From Vicugna vicugna (Eukaryota), in NCBI GenBank assembly GCA_013265495.1, contig MU058384.1:1613690-1677689 (forward strand): 64,000 nucleotides of DNA, in the 5' to 3' direction. Below are positions 50,920-62,811 of the stretch, in pieces. The stretch's first letter is position 1; every line of letters begins with the position of its first letter. The notes below the pieces were generated by a model that saw nothing but the letters and a program-made list of their open reading frames with translations, ran no database searches and was not told the DNA's origin. Both the position numbers and the translations under genes were made by a program.

Positions 50920-51530
50920 TTTTATAATTTTTTATAAAGGATAGTTTATTTACAATATTATGTTAGTTTCATGTGTACAGCAAAGTGATTTGGTTATTTT
51001 TTTCATATTATTTTCCATTATAGGTTATTACAAGATAATGAATATAGTTCCCTGTGCTATACAGTAAATCCCTTCTGTTTATCAATTATATGTATGTATT
51101 AGTCTGTATTTGTTAATCCCATACTCCTAATTTATTTCTCCCCTCCTCTTCCCTTTGGTAACCATAAGTTTGTTTTCTATGTCTACGAGTCTATTTGTTT
51201 TGAAAATCAATTCATTTGTAAAATTTTTTAATTCCATATATAAGTGATACCATATAATATTTGCCTTTCTCTGTCTGACTTACTTCACTTAGTATGATAA
51301 TCTCTAGATCCATCTATGTTGCTGAAAATGGCATTATTTTATTCTTTCTTATGGCTGAGTAGTATATCATTATGTGTATGTGTGTGTGTATATGTGTATG
51401 TAAGTATATACACCACATCTTCTTTATCCAGTCATCTGTTAATGGACATTAGGTTGCTTCCATGTCTTGGCTATCGTATATAGTGCTGCTACGAACATTG
51501 CAGTGTGTGCAGTTTTTCAAATTAGTGCTT
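50920..51530 (-). mobile_element. 5'-truncated artiodactyl-type L1 (ORF2 end and 3' UTR)
   Basis: tttacaatattatgttagtttc...gtacagcaaagtgatt...tatagttccctgtgctatacagta...tgacttacttcacttagtatgataatctctagatccatc...ggttgcttccatgtcttggctat. Confidence 0.95.
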
Positions 51531-52929
51531 TTTTTAATCTAAACCAAACTTGTTGACTGCATTTCTGAGAGGATTCTATCTCAGAAACTACTGATGACAG
51601 ACATGCTGAAGCAACAATTCCAAGGAGTCTGTGTTGGCCCCAGGCTCCAGGTAGATGCCATCTAAAAGCATGTAAAGAAGTTTCAAAGATTAAAGGAGAC
51701 TCCGTAGTTCTTCACTGACCTTCCATTCCTGTTTGTGACTATAGCCAGATAATTTGAAGTTGAGGTAAAAGTAAAGGGAGGACAGGGTGAGCGTGCTCTC
51801 CTGTCAATGTGTTTTCAATTTTATACATTTTTCCAAAGCTATGTCTTTAAGGTGGATGTCAGTTTACAAAAATAACAAAGTAACAGTCATAAATTCAGAT
51901 TCTAATCAACTATTTGCTTTCCCCCTGTAAATTTGTTTTGGCTGGTGCTCCCTTTTTAAAAGTATTCCTGTATTTATTTCTTTGACACTATAAATATAAT
52001 GGAAGTAGAACTATATGATTTCAAAGTTCTGGACAATTTCTTTCTTCCTGTTTCTCTCTTAGGTCAATCCTGACTGTTGCCTGAAAAAGAGTCACCTACT
52101 AGCCAGGAAACAGAAAAAAAAAATTTTTTTAAAGTGACATTGCCCAGAAGTGAGAAATGTTGCTGAAATTTAGGAAATAATTTCCTAAATTATAATTTTC
52201 TGGGCAACGGTCACAGCTGAATTCCCCAGGGTGTAGCTCTCCAGTCTGACTGCTGACCTTATTTCAGCAAAATGCACATCAGTTTCATACGCAGTCCTTG
52301 TGGCCAGATCACCTGACATGTTTGATTTAAACAGAATGGGGCAGAGACTCTGAAGTTCTAGGCAACATGTGAGTCATAACAAGCACATTCCACTTTGTTT
52401 TTTATTCAGCTTGTCATTTCATTACAGAAGGGTTATTTGAGCATTGCTGTTGTTGCTTACAGTATGTTTGGTCCCTGGACTGCAGGGTTCTCAATCTAGG
52501 AGACAAAAAGTGGCAAACAAAAGGAATCCATTCTCACAAGAAAGTCAAACACACGATGTCCTTACCCTTTCACTTGATAGGCAGAAAAGGATTATGAAAA
52601 ACAAACTGAGCAGCCAAAAAACAACATTCGAAAGAGATCTATAGGAGATCACTCTTTAATTGTAAACTCTTAAGAAAAGGCAATCAAGAAAGAATGTGTA
52701 AGCTGTTTTAATTTATAAGAGAATGCCACACAAGTATGTATTTTCCCAAGATTAAGGGAGGTCAGAGCAATTTCCCATCATGCATGGAGGGACATGAACT
52801 TCTGTTCAAAGCTGAGCCTAAGAACCTCTGCTCAGGGTAAAATAAAATTGAAACCCTCAACATCCTTCAGCCTAACGGAAGAGAAAAGCTTTTTTGAGCA
52901 CACCACACAGAGATACATGGGGTCATCTT

Positions 52930-53120
52930 AATCATAATAACAGCCAGTGTTTTTTTCAGTGCCAATTATGTGCCAGGCCCAATTGCCCAGTGAAGTATGA
53001 TTATCTACTGTTGGCAGGTGATGAAACTGCAACTCAGAGGGATTAAATAACTTCTCAGTGAACTGTACAGTCAGAATCTAAACCTAAGTCTGTCTGACTT
53101 CAAAGCCATAGTTAACCAGG
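52930..53120 (-). mobile_element. MIR SINE
   Basis: ataataacagcca...tatgtgccaggc...gatgaaactgcaactcagagggattaaataactt...tctgtctgacttcaaagcc. Confidence 0.65.
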
Positions 53121-53779
53121 GCCGTACAATTTCTCTCTCTCTCTCTCTCTTTTTTTTAGAAACACTTGGCTAGGTTAGGCTCATGACTACCCTCCCTGGC
53201 ATCACACTTGTATGCTGGATCCATCTCTATTTTCAGGAGTTGTTTATAATTATTCTTAGTAATTTTAAATACAGCAACAGATATTATATATTCTTCCCAC
53301 ACTAACGATGCCATGGGTTTATTACTAAACGAGAGCAGCCTTACATCCTTTTTGTGTCCTGTATTTACTCTGCCAGTTATTTCATGAGTAATTTTTGTAT
53401 CCACTTTGTCATGTCAGTTATGATTTCATAGATATTAATCTCAGCCTTTTCTCAACAGTTATCTTTAAAATAAAGTCTTTCTCCCAGACTTCCATTTTCA
53501 TCTGCTCTGCCATCTTTATTGCCAATCTTCTTCTGTTAGTTGGTTCCCTCTTAGACGAATCTGACCAGGGCTGCCCAAAAAATGCAGGTGTAAAAGCATC
53601 CTAATTATAAATCTATGGACCATCTTTGGTTTGGTCTTTCATCACTCTTTCTGATGCTTATCTTCTTTTTTTTTTTTTTTCTCATGGAAGAGCTTCCTCT
53701 TTGAACAATGTTCTAGATTTTTTGTCTCTTTCTTGGTTTCTGTTCCCTTCATCTTCTATATATTTGATGTGGTTGGCCC

Positions 53780-54017
53780 CCTAGAGTGGTGGTAGGGCAC
53801 ACAGTCAGGCTCCCTAGGTTAAATCCAACTCCATCATTTACTAGTTGTAGGACCCTGGGCAAGTTAAATGATCTCCATCATTAATAAAGTGGGGATAATA
53901 AGAGCACTCACTTCATAAAGTGGCTGGGAGGCCAAGTAAAATAATAGATGCAAAGTGCTTAGAACAGTGGCCACCAGTACATGGTAGCCACGTGACAAAT
54001 GTTAGCTTTTGTTATTA
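53780..54017 (+). mobile_element. Near full-length MIR
   Basis: atttactagttgtaggaccctgggcaagtta...gtggggataataagagcac...aaagtgcttagaacagtg...aaatgttagcttttgttatta. Confidence 0.75.
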
Positions 54018-54874
54018 CCTAAAACCTCTCAAATGTCCTAGTTGCCATTTTTATCCCCACTTAACAGATTTATTAACTTTCTGTATTTATCTCTTTTTTT
54101 AGCTTGTTTCCCAAAAACTTGTGTCATTCACAAGTTTAGACACTAAAATTCATTTGTAAAGAATTTGGTAAAAACAAAGGCTTGAACATTTCTTCCTTTA
54201 TATTTCCCTATGTGACATTGTTTGTCTACCATATCCTTCATTTCCTGTTTTTAAGTAGGTTCCCCAATTGTGACTAATCATCCTCTTGCCCCTAGGGGGA
54301 AAATCATTGGGATACTCCACCAAAAACTGCATTATCAAAAACATTATGAAAATCTGCATATACTCCACCCACAGTTTTCTCCTTATCTGCATGCAAATTT
54401 ACATCATAATGCAAGGCAATTATTTAGGATTCATAATTGCCTATCCTCAGAGAAATCTTTTCTCCCTCTTTTCCATATGTAAATGTTCAATGATCCTAGC
54501 TTTATAGTCTGCCTAAAACAGAGGAGAAACAAAGAATATAATCTCCTGGTTCGGAGTATAAATTATAATTTGCTTGAGATTACGGATCTGGCCAAACGGT
54601 TCCTCAGTTACCTCCATTAACTCCTTCAGAGGTCTGGGGAATCCCTTCTCCTAGTTCAGTCTTCTTATCAACAAGTTTAGAATGGTCAGTTTAAAGCAAA
54701 ACAAGAAAATGAGTTTGACAGTATCCACACAAGAAATAGAGAGAAGGGCAGAAAGAAATGCCCTAGAAAAGACACATAATCCAAAGAATTCCTTAGCTCT
54801 TTTCAGGGACCAAGTTAGCACTGAATAAGAGGTGCTCTTGCCTAGTGACCTTCATCACAACTGGAGATGCTCCT

Positions 54875-55290
54875 CACTCAGTCATCCATTCAGCACCTGT
54901 AGGGCTGGGTACTGTGCTAGCTGCTGAAGATGCAGAGAGGAACAAAAAGAAAACGTCCTGACTTTCACAGAGATAAGACTCTAGTGGAGAATCACAGACA
55001 AGGGAAGAAAAATAATTTTTACATAGTGCTGGTGATTAAGTGCTATGAATGAAGTATCAAGGAAATGTAATAAAGAAAACTAAATACCCCTGGTCAGGGA
55101 AATCTACCATCAGTCTTTGAATCTGGAGATGATGGAGAAGCAGCAGTCTCCACTGAACAACATGAGGACTTCTGAGCTGACAGGCTCTTGAGGTTACAAG
55201 CAAGAACTGCCCCAGATCAAAGCAAAGAGCAGCAATGAGTAAAAAGACAAAATGATAAGTGAAAAACTCTGTGTCAGGGTAGCATTAAAG
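54875..55290 (-). mobile_element. L2a 3' end
   Basis: gggtactgtgctagctgctgaagatgcagagaggaacaa...ctctagtggag...taagtgctatgaa...tggtcagggaa. Confidence 0.65.
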
Positions 55291-55300
55291 TATGCTGATG

Positions 55301-55686
55301 TGTCTGAGTCAGCTTACGTAACCATCATAGAAGACCACAGAGCAAGTGGCTTGAACAACAGGATTTATTTAGTGAATTCACTTAGTTTAATTCCGGAGGC
55401 TGGGAAGTCCAAGACGAAGGTGGCAGCTGACTCGGTACCCACCTGAGGGCCCTCTCCTGGCTTGCAGACAGCCATCTGCTCACTGTGACCTGACACGGTG
55501 GAGAGAGAGAAAGCCCCAGTCTCTCTGTCTCTTCTTTTTAGGGCACGAATGCCATCACAGGGCTCCACCCTTATGACCTCATCTAAACCAAATTTCCCCC
55601 CAAAGGCCCACCTGCAAATACTGTCACACTGGGCATTAGGGCTCCAGCATATAAAATTTCAGAACACACACACAGTCAGTCTAACA
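55301..55686 (-). mobile_element. MLT1A0-like MaLR solo LTR
   Basis: tgtctgagtc start; ggaggctgggaagtccaagacgaaggtg; ggctccacccttatgacctcatctaa; ends cagtctaaca. Confidence 0.85.
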
Positions 55687-56306
55687 GTTGGCGTGAACAT
55701 CCTACCAGAGTATGCTTGGAAATGCTTTGCACTGTGTGCCAACATCAGAGCTTTTGCACCCTAGTCAGTGGCGTGGCTCCAGTGCTGAAGCCCCCAGGAC
55801 TCTGGTTCCATGATAGCATGCAGACAGGTCTGCAGTGTTGCCTCAAACACCAGGGAGCTGCAGTCCAAGTTTCTATGACAAATCCCGTATTACCTTCTGG
55901 CATGCTTCCTGCCTAAAGAGGGAGGGTTGAAACGCTACATACAATTTCTCTTTTAATATTGCAAATGAGTGTTACTCTCAAGCACATTCTTTCTTACAAA
56001 ACTGAGAAAAGAAAAAAATTTAATAGTGTATTTCAACTAACTTTGATATAGTTACAAAGCAATTTAAAGGCTTATGCATTCTAATCCTGAGAAATACTAA
56101 TCTGGGTAAGACATGTTTCTGTGTTTTTAATACAACAAGGAAAAGAAAGTACATCCTACAGACATTGATAGTTCTGAGCTTTGATTTTTAGGTGCCCATT
56201 TGGAGATCTAAGGAATGTTTCAGTGTTCCAGGACTAGGAATAAACAGCAGAATACTTCATTCATTCTTTGCGAACACAGATGATAAACAGAAAGAAATCT
56301 CCTTTA

Positions 56307-56453
56307 TTTATTTATTGTTGTTGTTGTTGTTGGGGGCAGTGGGGTGGAGTAATTAGGTTTATTTATTTATTTAATGGAGGTACTGGGGATTGAACCCAGG
56401 ACCTCCTGTGTGCTAGGCATGCACTCTGCCACTGAGTTATACTAACCTCCCCC
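56307..56453 (-). mobile_element. Vic-1-like camelid tRNA-derived SINE with TSD
   Basis: Minus strand reads gggggagg...tataactcagtggcagagtgcatgcctagcacacaggaggtcctgggttcaatccccagtacctccattaaataaataaataaacctaattac; A box TAACTCAGTGG, B box GGTTCAATCC; aatctccttta repeated at 56296-56306 and 56458-56468. Confidence 0.9.
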
Positions 56454-57219
56454 ACAGAATCTCCTTTAAAAGAGTATGCCTCCTCTCCTTGGTCATTTCA
56501 GAACTATGTACACAGACTAAAAGTAAAGCCAAAATTATTACTTTTGGAGGGTGGGGGGTAGTAGTGTACAGATAATGCAAGCCAATTATTAATGACATTC
56601 CAAAGTGACATGCTGATATAAATGAGGAACAACTTGCCCTCCTGTTAATGCTTCAGAAACTATTTATAATCATGATTTTAAAAGTGAGTCTAAAATAAAT
56701 GCTGTACATCAATCATGGCCAAATTTGCAGAGTATCTCAAAGAAACTGGGCCATGTATAACCAAATCAGGATGTGCACAAGTAAGAATGTTCAACCAGTG
56801 AAACCCAACTGGAAACTGGCAGAGTCCCTGACGACCCTGGATGCCTGGTGCTTGCTGCTGCCAGAAGCACAACTTCAAGGATGAAATGGGTGCCCTGGGG
56901 GTGAGGGGATGGCACGTCTGCAGATAAAAACCACCAACACCGATGACCAAGTGCCCGGGACTTGCAGCAAGTCTGTCTCAAATCACCTCCTTTCTTAATG
57001 TTTTACTGTGGCTGAAAAGATGACACAAGCCCAACCCCTCTTCCTGAAAATATCTGAAAATCATGACAATTAAATTTGTTGTCAGAGTGGGCAGGGAGAC
57101 GGAAGGCAGTCATGAAGGTTGAGGGCGTACTCATGCAATCAACGTTTTGTTGAAACTCTAGATATTGCAAGTAAAACATTAAAATCACCTTATAAGCTGT
57201 TTTGGACCATGATTTCAAA

Positions 57220-57408
57220 TTATGGTTTGGTTAAGCACAGCTGCAGAGAAAAAAGAAAAAGGCCGGGGACACAGACCACCTGGGTGGAACTCTGGTTCTA
57301 CCAGTAACAACCTGTTTGACCAGGAAAATCCTACAATTCCCTGGAACCACAGTTTTCCTCATCTGGAAAATGAGGTAGGGTGTACCTATCTTGCAGGTTG
57401 TCATGTGG
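57220..57408 (+). mobile_element. MIR SINE
   Basis: cagaccacctgggtggaactctggttctacca...cacagttttcctcatctggaaaatgagg...tacctatcttgcaggttgt. Confidence 0.6.
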
Positions 57409-57529
57409 CACGGTATACCCATCCCTCTTGCCAAAATGGGGCCAAATACCTTTCCCTGGTGCAAAACGTTTGAGCCCCATGACCCAGTGCTATCAGAGGA
57501 TTAAAAAAGAATTTTTAAAAGACGCCTCT

Positions 57530-57705
57530 AATAGACTAACTCAAGAACAACAAAATAAAATAACAATGATTGTCTTTGGGAAGAAAAGCCAGATGATTGT
57601 GAGATGCGGGTTGAAGGGACATTGATTTCTTACTGAGTGCTCTTCTGAACAGTGTATCATGTGTATGTTTAACCTAATCAAAGGAAAATAAAATGTGATT
57701 TTTTA
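57530..57705 (+). mobile_element. Ancient L1 (L1MC/L1ME-type) 3' UTR end
   Basis: taacaatgattgtctttggg...tgtatcatgtgtatgtttaacctaatcaaa. Confidence 0.45.
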
Positions 57706-59380
57706 AAAAGCAGCCTTTGAAACTCATCCCACTTTGTGTGTTTATCTTGCCTATAGGAGTAACAGTGACTTAGAGCTTTACTCAGCTCCTCGGACATTAC
57801 TCAATGAGAAAGGCATCCCACAGGAAAAACAGATCATAAGTTCCTACTTGAAAGAAGGAATCAGGCTCAATCATTACTACAATTTTTCGTAACAGGAAAC
57901 ATGGTGTGTGTTAACATGTGAGCCCCTGATATTTTATAATCAGTCATCCTACCGTAAAAGAAAAAATACTTATCTTATAAATTTTCCCTTCCTCCTTCTC
58001 CAGTCAGCTCTGTTTTCTCTGGTCAGCTGCCTGGTTTTCTCTACAATGAAATAACAGTCATATACCCCCTTACCTTTCCTCATCACCAAACACTAACTTG
58101 CAACAGAAAGAAAGAAAGAGGCCAAGGATAAAAAAGATAAAGTCTTTCAATGTCCTTCATTTGAAACAAGAAAATTAAAAGTTACTATTCAGGCTGCCAA
58201 CCATGTTGTCTTTTAGACTTTAAGTTCTCAAAGGGCAGAGAGTTTTAATTTTCTTCAGCAACTTAAACATTGTCAAGTCTACCGATATTTTAAAATAAAC
58301 GTTGTTGGGAAATAATGTTATTTATTCTTCGTGTGACTCAGAAGCAGTATTGTGTAACTACTGATTCCACAGCAGAGCAAAGCTCTCACTGATACCTCCT
58401 TACAATCTCATGCTCTCAGTGCGTCTCTGGGCTTGCTACCACCGTATGCACCCAACCGTAGTTCTGTTTAGGACAAGAGGAACTAGGAACACATTCTAAG
58501 CTCCTATCCTAGCAAAGCTGCCAACCAAAGTGCCTTCCACCCTAAATGACAGCAGTCCCCATGCTCCTCTTGCAATTACTGAAAACTCTCCCTCAGAGGA
58601 AATGAAGTTCTTCAACTTTTCCTTTTTTTCACCTTTGGTATATTGACCTATACATGTCTTAAGCAGTCTATTAATACTCTGGAAACCTGAGAGGCTCTCC
58701 TCGGGAAGACAATGAGAAGGAACACATCTTTATTCTATGTTTTAGAGAAAAGAAGACTTGCTAAAACTGTTTTTTGGGCTGTGGTGCCTAGACCACCATA
58801 CTGGAAGTCTGCGTGAGGCAGAGAGATTTGTGGAGGAAATCTCTTAATTCTAACAATAAGGGCTGCTTTGAGTTAATTGTGTTAAGGAAGCAGTGTTTCA
58901 GTGATTCATGTGTAAATGAAACCATTATTTTCTAGATCCTGCCAAAAACTCACCACAACTCATTCATGAGATTTTGTTACAAATTAAGATGCCCGTGCTT
59001 TTGGAAGAGAGACGTACATTGTAAAGTCTCTTGGTTAGGGGAGACCTGTGCTTCAGGGCAATGGATTGCCCTGAAAAGTGGAACAGAAAAGAAGGCCTTG
59101 TTATAATGCTAGTGGGCAGAGGACTAGGATCAGCCTCACCTCAGGAGTTTTGTGCTGACATGAAACGTGCCAGGTGACACAGCCAGGGTCAAGTGGGAGT
59201 TACTTAGAAGGAGTATGAAGAGGGGGAGTGACAATCTACAAAAGGTTTAAGGGTTTTGTTTCTGTTTCTTGTTTTGAATTTATAGACGAGTCAACCATCA
59301 CCATAGCCTGGTTTCTACAAAAAATAGGAAAGATCAATACAAGATTATGGACAATATTTTTTAATTTTAAATTTTCCTTT

Positions 59381-59604
59381 CAAGAAAATTACGTATAATT
59401 ACGTATAAACTATAGAGATGAATAAAATATATAAGTTACATATATATAATTATACATAAAATAAATAAGCTACAAGGATATATTGTATAACCCAGGGAAA
59501 ATAGCAAATGCTTTATAATAACTGAATGGAATATGATGTTTAAAAATTCTGAAACTCATATAATGTTGTATATCAACTATTCCTCGATAAAAATAATAAA
59601 TAAG
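59381..59604 (+). mobile_element. Very short L1 3' end with TSD and rearranged 5' junction
   Basis: aaataagctacaaggatatattgtataacccagggaaaatagc...ttgtatatcaactattcctcgataaaa, same family as 27654-28033; taaattttccttt at 59368-59380 and 59605-59617. Confidence 0.85.
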
Positions 59605-60142
59605 TAAATTTTCCTTTTAGGAAGAGATGCAAGATCTCTTCCCCTCGACTGGAGACAGGAACTTCTGAAATTCTATTGAGGCATGAGGGATGGGAGTAAG
59701 AGGATAAAAGGAAAGAGAAGGGCAACCCTTCTGGGCCAGGAAGCCCAGAGCACCGCTGCTAGAATCACATGGCCTTAAGAAGGCATAGAAAGTTGAAAAC
59801 CTTTCTTTGCACCTTCCTCATTTTCAATCTTCCTTCCCCACATCAAATATTTGCTGCCATGATATTTAATTTTCTTGACTCACAGAGACCTAGAGGGCAG
59901 GCTGGTGACAGTTCAGCATTATTCAGAACAAATGTTTTCATTGCAGTGTCTCATTATTTTACACACCAGGTATATGTGCTCCATATATATAAAGCCCAGA
60001 TTGATTACGTCCCCCAATAACACTTCTGTAAAAAGTAAAGGCGCTGATGAAGCACTAGGAAGATTTCTATATAAATGGGCAAAAGTTGAGAGCAATTTCT
60101 CAGCATCTGTTTGTTCTGCCCTATTTTCAGTGTCAAGAGCTC

Positions 60143-60305
60143 AGAGAGGCAGCACCATTTACTGGAAAGGGCGCTAGACTGGGAATCGAATGAGATGGGT
60201 TATGTCAGCCATCTTGTCTTAAATGCCACCTCTCTAAGCATCTGCTTTCTTATTTAGGAAACAGAAGTGCTCTCGGATCCCTTCCAGCTCTTAATTTAAA
60301 ATTCC
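60143..60305 (+). mobile_element. MIR3 SINE
   Basis: agaggcagc...tggaaagggcgctagactgggaatc...acctctctaagcatctgctttc...atcccttccagctct. Confidence 0.6.
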
Positions 60306-60915
60306 CCATACCTATATTCCTACAGGTAAGTCCGGATAGCATATAAGCTCTTAATTCAACAATGCCATGAATTACCAGGAACAACAACAACAAAGTAAGA
60401 AAAACATTATTGCAACCGTCTTTCTTCCCTGTGAAGTTAGCGATTATGGCAACATCTCCAAAATTCAGTGGAAGATTTCACAGTATTCTGTATGTCAAAA
60501 GAAAACAGAGGGAGAGAAACACCTGGTGCTCTCAGTGGAATAAAACGTCAGTGTACTTTACCTTATGTATAGAGTGGTGATTTCCCTGAAGGTTAGAGGA
60601 ATCCTGGCATTTTAGGAAGTTCTTTGTCTTTATCCACACTCCACAATCCATGATGAAAACTGTGGACTTATTTTCACTCCCAGCCCATGATAGTAGCTAG
60701 TTCCATGTATATAAAGAAATTGTTTAAAACTGTGTCCAAGTTCCCAGACAAAGATATGACTCCAGATTTCATCAACTTTAACATCCCACCATTGTTTCCC
60801 CATGATCTACGGTACCTGGATTACAGGAAGGCGCAGTCTGTAACTATGGAAGAACATTTCATCAACAAAAAAGCACTTATTAAGTTGTAATTATACTTGA
60901 TGCTTCACTGATCAC

Positions 60916-61002
60916 GAAGGAAGGAAGGAAGGAAGGAAGAAAGGAAGGAAGAAAGGAAGAAAGGAAGGAAGGAAGAAAGGAAGAAAGGAAGAAAGAAAAA
61001 GA
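60916..61002 (+). repeat. (GAAG)n/(GAAA)n homopurine tetranucleotide repeat
   Basis: 87 bp of purines only, read directly. Confidence 0.95.
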
Positions 61003-62384
61003 CACCATGTCCATTCTACCTGCTCACAGTCTATTATTGGAATAATGCCCTGAACCAGTGTGACAGGGAGATACAGATGGCAAAAATAAATATGGCAGTT
61101 AATCAAGAAGGCATAGACTTACATACAAGGGTGAGCAGTGAAGGAGGGAGCAGGGGTGCCAGATGCATAACCGAGGTGGGAACAATCAGTATAAAGGTCT
61201 AGAAAAGTTGAGATAAGATAAAACATCTGAGTTCTTAACAATCGAGGAAGATTTCCTGAATTTTTCAGTGGGGAAATGTTCTTTGTTCGGTGGGCTGGGG
61301 GCTCAGAAAACTCTCTTAAAAACAAGTGAGATGACCAATCTAGAGGGCTGTCACCTTTTGATCTGCTCACGGAGGTCTGCTTCCCCTGCAAGGCCACGTG
61401 GGCCCTGTCCCACCCTACAATCTCTGGAGGAGAGGATGGTGCTGCAGCAACTACCTGTTGGCAAGGACTGGTAAGAGGTAAAAAGTCTGACAAGGACACA
61501 GAGACATGGTCTCAATAAAAGAGAACAAAGTTCTACATCCAGGCAGAGAAACAGCAAAGAGAGAAAGCAGTCCATTTAGAACATATTGGAAAGGATGCCA
61601 TTCTCTTCAGCAGCAGATGGATTCTTAGTATCTCACCTGCACCGTATACCATTGCTTTCAGAAGGCATTTTGCTACTGAGCACTTAGGACTTTGTATCTG
61701 AGAACAGTGACCTACTTACATCTAGTATCTTAATATGCTGAAACTGACCACAAACTTGGAGCTTCTGTAGGATATCACTGTGAGGTGGTTCACATCCCTA
61801 AATCATTCTTTCTCAACTGCTCTTCAAGACTTAAAAATAGCACTTAACTCTCAGACTGATTCAACCGGCTTAAAATAATTCACCAACAACTTCCTCAAAG
61901 GAAGGAGAGGAAAGATAGGAGGTGGAAAGCTAATTAGTTGACAGGTTTTGTCAACACTGAGAGAGGTGACTAGACTGGAACTAACAGATCAGATGCAGAT
62001 TGGAGTTAGCAGAAAAACTGATTTCATCTCAATCAGATTATTGTGGCCAGGAGTTGGTGGTTGGATTTAGAAAGGAAGTAGAGGTTAATAGAACTAAAAG
62101 ACCAGTCCCTGGACAATAACTATGTAGACTAAGGAAGTGATGATAAAGGGAGAAAATTCCTCTTAGCTCTACTAAGCCACATCTACATGTCAATAGACTA
62201 TCTATACCTATATGGTTGCCACTGATCTTCCCCCAAGGAAAGATATTGCCCAAGGATGGGCACCAGACAGGATGTCTGGGGAAAGAAATGAGAGGGAGCC
62301 ATGCATGGAATTGTTGCCCAAGTCTATAACACTAGAAAGAGACAGTCATCTTTTATCTTAAAGCCATATGCTGTAAGCTTATAA

Positions 62385-62470
62385 ATTAATTCATTAATTC
62401 ACCAGAAATTTATTTTGCACCCATCACACATCAGGCACACTGCCAGGCCCTATGGGTACAAAAGTAAGTA
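62385..62470 (-). mobile_element. L2 3' tail
   Basis: attcattaattcaccagaaatttatt...caggcacactgccaggccctatgggtacaaaagt. Confidence 0.5.
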
Positions 62471-62487
62471 AGTAACACAATTGATCA

Positions 62488-62670
62488 TTATAATAGCATT
62501 CATTATTGGGTGCCTAACATGTGCCAGGAACCGTACTTCCATTATGCAATGGAATGCCCACAACTCACCTCTAAATGAGGCATTAAGTTTCTCCTTTGCC
62601 AGAAAAAAACTAAGAGGAAGAAACGAAGGCTCTGACAGACTACATAAAAGTGGTAGATCTCTCAGGGAAC
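62488..62670 (-). mobile_element. MIR SINE
   Basis: ataatagcattcattattgggtgcctaacatgtgccagg...cccacaactcacc. Confidence 0.55.
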
Positions 62671-62811
62671 TCCAGTGCAGGAGCACGATAAGCAAACTAA
62701 TGTTTACAATATTCAATGGTAAACACTAAAACAGATTTAAAAAAAAAAAAAAGAGGCGCTCAGCATAAGGGAAGGGAGATAGAGGGGACTAGGGAAGGTA
62801 GGAAGGCGTGT

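Noticed and set aside
53156..53660. Possible ancient LINE (R4/Dong-like or old L1) coding remnant on the minus strand
   Set aside because: Only vague peptide resemblance with no diagnostic motif; needs an HMM search.
54636..54645. Perfect NF-kB site GGGGAATCCC
   Set aside because: Single isolated motif without a supporting cluster.
23281..55686. All four complete MaLR LTRs on the minus strand as evidence of a plus-strand host gene
   Set aside because: Four on one strand has a 1 in 8 chance, and most L1 copies lie on the plus strand, against the expected antisense bias.
56370..56453. tRNA-Ala-like gene
   Set aside because: The tRNA-like head continues into a SINE body and tail and is flanked by a TSD, so it is a SINE.
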